From a virus, in IMG/VR virus record IMGVR_UViG_3300046777_002658, positions 32,001 through 96,000 of that record: DNA of 64,000 nt; one strand, given 5' to 3'. Positions 9,425-18,400 of the stretch are shown here, piece after piece; position 1 is the first letter of the stretch; each line of letters starts with the position of its first letter. Below the pieces are notes generated by a model that ran no database searches, was not told the DNA's origin, and worked only from the letters and a program-made list of their open reading frames with translations. A program made the translations under genes and the position numbers.

Positions 9425-12400
9425 ATGGAAGAAAATAGTAATTTACTAGACAACAACAATGATTATGATGATTACTCTGAGGAGCTCTACAATAATAACA
9501 CCTTAACAGAAGCTCCAACAGAGCAAGAGATAAGAGAGAACCCCTTCAGAAGTCTTATTGAATACAATATTAATCATGGCGGGGGAATTAATAAATTCTT
9601 TGACAGCTCAGACTATAACCAGTCTGACCCCTTTAAAGCCGCCGCAAACTTGAGTATTAGTTTTAACCAAAAGATGCTGGGGGTTGAAGCTAGAACTCAA
9701 AGAGAGTATTTAGAGTTTGCTGTGCAGGTACAAGCGGATAGACTGTCTTCTGCGATAGGTAGCTATGAAGCTGATATGCAGAGAGCAACAGGACATAACC
9801 TAGCTGGCGAGAGAGTAGAAACCTATAAATCTCCAAACGGCTTCCTGACTAGACCTACTCAATATGATACCTACTCCTTGTTCTCTAATCAAGAGGCTAG
9901 AGAAATGGGGCTAAGGTTGTCTATGTACCAACTACCAGAGACAAACACAGTAGTTGGTATCTCACAGCGCAGCAGAAGCAGCACAGAAATAGTAACCCAA
10001 AGCTTTTTAAACTCTGATCAATCAAGAAGAGACTTGTCCTCCACAAACTCACAAAGGTCTATGAGAGTCTTAGTGGGTAACGAGGTAGCTAGTAATATTC
10101 TTAATAGAAATGAGAATATAAATGTTTATGGTGTAGGAATGCCTCAAGGAGCTAACTTACACGCTAAGGTTGGGTATTTATATACTAATAATAGTCTTGA
10201 GACTGACTACAAAGATACTTTAAGAAACCAGAAAGCGCAAACAGCTTTTATATCTACACAAAATATTACCTCTGCCCTTCCAAAAGCTAATACCTCCGAG
10301 GAGATGTTAGTTCTTTCTAGAGGAGACATATACAGAAGCAATAACCAAAATCCGCTTACTTATAGAGACTCTATTCTTGACGAAAGAGAAGAAATTAGAA
10401 ATCGCTTAATAGATCAGTTAAAAGGTGTCACAGATGCTATAGCTAGTCTAGCTAAGTCTCAACAAAGACAGGTAGAAAAAAGCTTTAGAGAAAGTGTTAA
10501 ACAAGTTACAAAAGATAATATAACAAGCTTAGAAAGCATGAGAGCGGGTGCTAACTCCTCTGTGTTTGTAAATGAAGATATTTTAATAGAGATTAAAAAT
10601 AAAGTTAAAGATGCTGCTGAAAAAAGCAGCACTAAAAAGGTAGTTTTATCAATCCAGTATTTAGAGAATATATTTCTTGACAATAGCTCAAACTCTTCTA
10701 GCAGGTATGATAACGATGTAAGAATACCCATGCTAAACGCTCTGGAATTGTTATCAAAACAAGGTAGGTTAAGTCTTGCTACATCCAGCGTTAGTTTTGC
10801 TCCTGACCAAGGGTTGTTTAACATTTTAGATAAATTTCACTCCAATGAGATAACCGGTTATAGCAAAACAGTTTTAAAAACCCTTTTAGACAATAACTCC
10901 TTTTCAATTCTGCCTACTAGTTTTGCTCACAGTAAGACGTTTGCCATCTTTGATATGCCAGAATCTAGACCAGACTTAAATAAGCTTAAACTAGATAGTT
11001 TTGGTATAAGTTCTGCTAACTTCACCCGCAACGCTTTCGAGAATAATATTGAGACTGGTTTAATTCTTGATAGGGACAGCCTAAGAGGATTAACAGACCG
11101 AGAACAGCAAGATATAACAAACTACTATTATTATGGTGTCAGTAATTTTAATAGGCTAAGAGCTCAAGGTTCATTTGTAGAAAGTAGAGGCAATGCAGAG
11201 CAAACAGAAAAATTAATAGGTATTCTGACATCTATGGGAGGTCAGGAGTCCAGAGAAAGAGTATCCGGCTCTCCCTTTGTTTTTAGTAGACGTTATGACA
11301 TTAACAGAGGTGTTGAGCTATCTGGGTTAGATATACAAATAAGGGGTTTAGGACAGGGTGCTAAGGGTTACTCGTTCTCTGTCACTGTAGGACAGGAGTA
11401 TGGTCAGAATGGCTATGAACCGATTGTTTATCTTTCTAAAAACAATCGTGTGATCAACGGGATGATCTATAAAAATGATTCATCTCAAGCTTTACAACTT
11501 TACAACGGTGAGTACCTGGCTCCAGGAGAAACTAGACAGTTTAGTGCTTTGGAAGTAGTGGCTGGTTTAGTTGACACACTGCGCCACACAACGCTTTTTG
11601 AGGCTTCTAGAGGATCTTTACAGACAGCTATAAAATCAATGACGACTGCTACCAGACTGCAAGGTTTGAGTAGAGTTTTGGGTAACCTACTGTTTGAGCA
11701 AGCTCAGTTGAAGAACTATATGAGCTGGTTAGACAGTCAGGGTTCAGGTTTTACTGATGTAATGACAAACCTGCACCAAAGAGATGCTGGAGCCAGAGGT
11801 TGGTTAAACAATATTCTTAACGATGGGAAAGATCAGAACATAGCTACAAAAACACTAGCTTCTTTAGCAGAAAGACTTAGTATTCCTTTGAGTCAATCTA
11901 GTTTAGGAACTGAAGTAGCAAGTAGACTACCTGAACGTACAGCACAAATTCTGGATATTCTGAATAAGGAAATTGGAGGCGATCGCAGAGATGTCGCTAC
12001 AACTACTGCTGGAATGGTAAAAGCTTTAGACAGACTATTAATGAATAGTTTAGATAATAGCCAAACAGCAACTCTCTACACTGACCTCTTAAGAATGATA
12101 GTTCAGCAAGATGCTGTGGCTAATGATATATACGAAAGAAGTCAGCAGAGAGCTAAACAAGAGTTGTTTTCACAAATGACTAGTGCTTTCATGCAGCCTC
12201 ATGAGTTGAGATACTCATTTGGGCAAGCATTGTATAAAAGACCAGTTTTTAGCATTAATAATGATTTATCTAAACTAGCAAGGTCACAAAATACTCTAGG
12301 GCTGCTTCTTTCCCCTCATGGCTTGAGGCATGGTGAATCTTTGGGTGACACTTACATTAGAGCGATAGCTGATAGTGTGAGATTCACTGAAAGAGATTTA

Positions 12401-15400
12401 TACAGCAATCAAGGTGGTATTTATAAAGCAGAAGGTGGAGCAGCGACTATTCGTCATGCTGAATCAATGCTGGGAACTATGAGAGGTATAGGTATTCTCA
12501 GAAGGAGTGAGTATAGAGACAGATCTTTAGCTGCTTATATTGCTGTTGGTCTGTCTGATGAACAAGCAAGAAGGAGAACAGAAGAGCAAGAAAAAGAAGT
12601 ATTCAAATTACAAGAGTTGTCTGGTAATAGTTCAAGCAACCTGTTCTTCTTTCCTTATAGAGTCACAGAGCAAATCTCTGGACGATTAAAGAACCTACAG
12701 AGCGGTAGACCTCTAGAAGCTGCTTCTGCTAGATTTGCTACCTATGCCCATACTTTAGGAGTTGTTGGTAACGACAGTTATAGTGATTTATCTAATATGT
12801 TGTCTGGTAACATCTTTACAAGCCTACCAGAACATCAATATAAGTATCTGCAACAGTTAATTATAGACCACGGCAGTTATGAAAATGTTTTAAATTATAT
12901 TCGTACTAATATTCATGGTGATTCTTTAAGTCTAGTCAGAGGTTTACTTGGAGGATCAGCGCCTAAAAGAGTTTTACAGAGCATGGGTATCTCAACAATG
13001 TCTGACTTTGCTTATGTAAACTCAGAGTATAAGGACGCAGATAAAAACTCTTTAGAGTATGCTTACTTGCACAAAACCTCTATGAGTTTTGATACTACCC
13101 AAATTCTTAGTAACGTCGAGTTTGCTGGTAAAGTAGCCAGAACTTTAACTAAAGGTGTAACCTTCCTTGCTAAAGATACTCTTATAGATAATGTTAGTTT
13201 AAACAAACATCTGCAAGATAAGGTTCTAGAAGATATTGCAGCCATTGACTCAACTATCACTGGTAGTTTTAAAGAGCAGTTGCAAAAGTTGGATAAGGGG
13301 CAACTAAAAGATCTAGAAAAACTAGTTGCGCTGAAGTATAACACTGTCCAGTTTAAAGCCTCCAAAGGTCTGTTCTTCTTTAAGAAAGGTGTTCACTCAG
13401 CAGCAGAAGGCAGCAGCATAGAGGAAAGGCTGCATAGCAAAAGGCTGATAGGTGAGTTTCAAGAGACTAAAGGAACTTTTACTATTAATGGTTTTTACCA
13501 GTATGAAAGTATGGGCGGTCAAGAAAAGGCTGCTAAACTAATATCCTTTAAACTACCAGCTACCAGTCAAAGAATATATGGTGGTGTGACTGTTTTGCAC
13601 GAACAACCGAGAGTTTATTTTAGTGGTTCCTCTACTCTAAACCTAGAAATGGAGACCTCAACCATCGGTAGAGATAGTTCTGGTAGGAGACCAGGTAGCG
13701 ATACTAATAAAGGACCAAACTTATATCTTGCTGGAGACTTGTTTGACTTCTTAGACAAGTACAGTGGAACAAATAAAAACCTACTGCCTGACAGAGTTAA
13801 AGATCAAAAGATTTATTCAGTTATCTCCCCATCCCAGATTAAAGGTTTTAATTTTGAGCAAGGGTTGATGCTAATAGAGCAGAGACATGGTAATAGGTTT
13901 TTAGACCTAATAGAAAGTGATAGAGGTGGCAGAGCTGTCGCAGAAGGTCTAGCCTTGATGATGCTACAGTCTAAGGATAGCAATGAAGTGACCATCTCTG
14001 AGCTGCTTGGTCAAAGTTTAATTGATGAGGGTGGGGACAGAAAATCAGTAGGCTACTCTTTTCTTATGAAGCCTGGTGGAAAAGCTGTTGGTAAGAAACT
14101 ACCAGAGAAGGATAACAACCCAACAATCTCTTCTGCTTTACAAGGCAGCTTTCTTCTGTATGACCAGTTTGGATCTTTGGCTTTACCAGAGTTTTTGAAT
14201 AGTAACATGACTATAAGCCAAGCTCTCACTAAAACTGTAGCCCTAGCTCTTGGTACTGGTAATGATTCAGAGAAAGCAAGGCTGCACTTGAAGAATAGAA
14301 GTGCTGAAATCTTTAGGCAAGTTCAAAGAAAAAGTGATAAGGAATTAGGTGTTTTAGACCCTTCTAGATATATCTTCAGTGATGGGTTTGATAGTAGGTC
14401 AGCGAGCGTTCTGGCTTATCTAGTAAAAGCTGGGCAAGATTTGTTAGGTAAAGTTGATACAAATGCTAGGTTATCAGGCAACTCTATCAGTGAGGTAAAC
14501 CCTGCTTACTTTATGGGTACTGAAAATAGAAGAAGGTATCTAGGTGAAGTAGCAGGAGAAGACTCTAAAACCAGAAGAGCAATGTTAGCTTCTGTTAGAA
14601 GAGTGGCTGCTGGCTTAGGAGTACATCTACCAGCGCCAGAAGAAATTAATAATGCCAACGATGCTGAAAGAGGCATACTTGAAAGAAGACTAGAATACGG
14701 TCTTTCTCAAGTTAATGCTATGCTGCGCTTGAATAGATTCTTGGAGTTTGGTATGGAACAACTACCAAGCAAAGTATCTGTGGCAGTTGGTATGCAGAAC
14801 ATGACTAAACTAGAAGGTCAGTATGCCTTAGAACTATCTCAGCGGGAGTTAGGTTTGTTTACCAACACTTTGCAAGAGAAGCAAGATGTTTTGACCATTC
14901 AAAAGGCTGTTCTTTTACTAGGTAGTTTAATGGAAGGACATCTGCCAGACCCCTATAAAGCTTCTAAACTGTACAGTTTAAAAGTTACTAATCTTGCTTC
15001 TGCTAATGAAGAGGCAGGGTTTAGTAAAAGTTTACACTTCTCAACTAAATTCCTGAGTAACTTTAGTAGAGTAGCAGAGAAGACCTTGCCAACAGTTGTA
15101 AAAGGAAAAAGAGGATTTAGCACTCCCTTAGCGGAAGATGCTGTTCTAGCTTATATGTTTGGTGCAGATGCCACTAATGCTAACAACTTAGTAGATAAGA
15201 TGGGTTTAGTAAGAAGTCAAGTTAGCGGGATGGTGTTACCTTCAGCTCAAGATGCCGAGTTTGGTGTAGACCACAGAAGAAGATTGTTAGAGCAGACTAT
15301 CCTCAGCGAACTAAAGATTGATCCAGAGCAAAGAAAAGCAATCCAAAACGAAGTTATAGGAATTATAAAAGACTTTGAGCCTACAACTCGACTAAAGGCT

Positions 15401-18400
15401 ATTAGAGGTAGCAACCCTGGTAGACAAGACTTTATTAATAGAAACCTTAGAAACGTTATTATAGAGCGTGCAGAAAGAACTTTGCAAAAAGGTGAGAAGC
15501 TCATAGCTCCAGTCTCTTACTACGAAGACTTTTTCTACAATTTAACAAGAGGATTAGTTGATAAAGAGCCAGCAGTTTTAAAAGAGTTTTCTGACCCAGA
15601 CACACAAAAAGTTGCTACTTACCTAACAGACGACTTGCTTAGAGCAAGTGGTGTATATAAGCATTACCAAGGAGAACTAAATGAGAGAATCAGAGCTTCT
15701 CAAACAACTGGTACTGGGCTAGAGTATATCAGCTACGGTCTAGAAGTTTTGAGAAGTGTAAGCAGTAAGTTCTTGAGCGGAACTGAACCAGAGAAAAAGA
15801 AAGCTCAAAGCTTGTATGACTCTATAACCAAAACCCAAAGGTTGGTTCTGCCAGTGCTGACTGGTTATGGAATGAAAGAAGGTCGCTACGAAGTCAGCTA
15901 TGCTTCTACAAGAACTGAAAGCCCCAACCAGGGTTTGCTGTTAGGGTTAGACCTAATGCAGAAACTTTCTTTGGTATTCCAAGGTGAAAGCCACGCTGCG
16001 CTGGATACACAAGTTGCTTTGGTAAGACAACTAGACGCTACAAAAGGCATCTTACAGAAGCTTAGGTCTGGAGGAAAAGTAGAGTTAGATGACTATGAAC
16101 TAACTCAGTACCGCAGACTAGAGTTTTTAATGAGAGAATCTGTTGAAACCACTGCTCAACTGTTAAATAATCAAGAGACTATCAGACAAGCCGGGAATGA
16201 CAGACTGAAGTTATCAGGTATTAGTGCGATCGCTATGTCAAGCTTGTTATTAGCTGATGATGAAGTTGGCTTTGGCTCAAGATTTGATGAAGTGACTTCT
16301 ACAGGTGATAGATCTAAGTTTGGGTTAAGAGGGCAGATTGGTAGAATGCACAGAGAGCTTGTTAGTCGAGCTAATCAGGTGTCAAATGCTCAAAGAGAGC
16401 TTGACAATATGTCAATCCAATTAGCAAAAGAAACTGGGACTGGGATAAGTGGTAGAGAAGTAGAGCTTTTAGTAGGTACAGAGCACAGGAAGATGAGCTC
16501 TTTAATCAATGAATGGAAAGACAACCAAAGAAAACTAAAAACCGTTGAGAGGCTTGCTGCTTCAGCCAGACAAAACAGAAGTTTAACACAACGTGAAGCT
16601 CAAGAGATAGAACAACTTGGGGCTACAGATAAACAAGCGGGAAACCGTCTTGTAAAAATCAACTCCTATGTAACTAAAAAGCTTTTAAAGGCATTTGGTT
16701 TAGTCTACAGAAAAATAAGAGAAGCACCAGAAGTAGAAGGTGAAAGATATAATTTAGTCGAAGTAACCAAAACTAGACCTCTTATTATAGGAGGAGAGGT
16801 AGAGTCTTACGCTAAAGACGGCAGTAGAATTAAACGCTATAAAGAGTATGGAGACTTAGAAGTTGGCTTAAAGGATTCTAATCATATTATAGCCTTCAGT
16901 GATATTGATGAATTTGAGAAAATAGCCACAGGTAAATTAAGAAAAGAAGGTATTGCTATTGGAAAAAGAATAAAAGCTCAAGAATCTTATATACAAAAAC
17001 TAGAGACTAAACTTAGAGAAGCTCCTTTTATACTAGCTAATAAGCAAAGTGAACTTGAGTTATATTTACAAGACACAGCAACCAAACTAAACAACCTTAA
17101 GTCAGCCTTTTTAAAAGAAGAGTTAAAACCTAATCAATTAATAGCTGTTACAGACTTAAGACCATTAATATCCTCAGACAACAGAGTTGATTTCTTAGAG
17201 TTTGCTAACGAGTATATCTTGAAGCTCTTAATGTCTGATAATACTAAGGCTACCTCCAAAGAATATGAGAAAGACAGAATATTAAGAGAGAAGCTAAAAA
17301 CTATTCCTTTGTTTGAGAGGCTTTTAGCTGCAAAAAGAAGAGATGCAAAAGCCTCAGCCAGAGCAAATTTTAATCTTATTGAAGGTGTTTACTATAATGA
17401 TGCTACTAACGTTAGACAAGGTAGCCCTTCTGGGGCTTCTGTACCAGCTGATAGTGGGACAAGATTTGTTAGTATAGTTCCTGTAGAGACAGAACTGGCT
17501 GGTAGAGCCGAGGCAACAAAAACTTTTATAACTCCTGCCCAGCAGCAATCTAGTACAGTAATGCTGGTAGCTGCTTTAGGGCAACATTATACGCAATTAG
17601 GGGATAATGACGGTGACAGTTTCCAAGGTGCTGTTACTCAGTTAGCAAGCATAACAAGACTAATCCAGCAGCAGCAAGAGAAGATTCAAAAGTTAGCTGC
17701 TTCTAAGAAAGACTATTCACATGATGTTTCTTTATCTGATGAGCAGATAGAACACTTTAACAATCTTAATGAAAAAGCTGTCAGAGCAGAGTTAGCAGAG
17801 TTAGAGGTCCACAGAGATGTGTTGCTAAAAGCTTATCAAGAGAAGAAGTCTAATGCTAGTGCTAAAGCTGCTGAAGGAATGAGAAGGTTTACTGCTACCT
17901 ATACAGCAGTGCCAGAAGAAATGATGGGACCCAGCGGAGTTCTAAGAGATGAGCAACATCAACCACTAGTTAAGCAATATAGAGACACCTTAGATGGTGT
18001 TTATGGAAATACTAAACACGCTGTAGATGCTATTGGAAATTTAAATGCTGACGTGTTATCTAAATTAGAGTTAACACAATCTGGTACTGGCTTTAGGGTT
18101 GATAATCTTACTGATTTAAATTTAACACAAGAACAGCAAGATGGGGTTAGAGCCGAAATTGATTGGTATAACCAACAGTTTGGTAGAGACCATCAAGACC
18201 AACAATCCTTTAAAGAAGCTATCATCATCCAGCAAGCTACTAAAGCTAACGTTAACGCTGCTGTGAGCAACGTTAGTAACAAACAAATTCCAGCTGCTTT
18301 AGGGTCAATAGTTGATGACCAAAGACTAACAGAACTACAGTCAATTCTTGGTGCTTCTGGTTCAGGTTTGTTGGGTACTACATATAATACTGTAGTTCCT

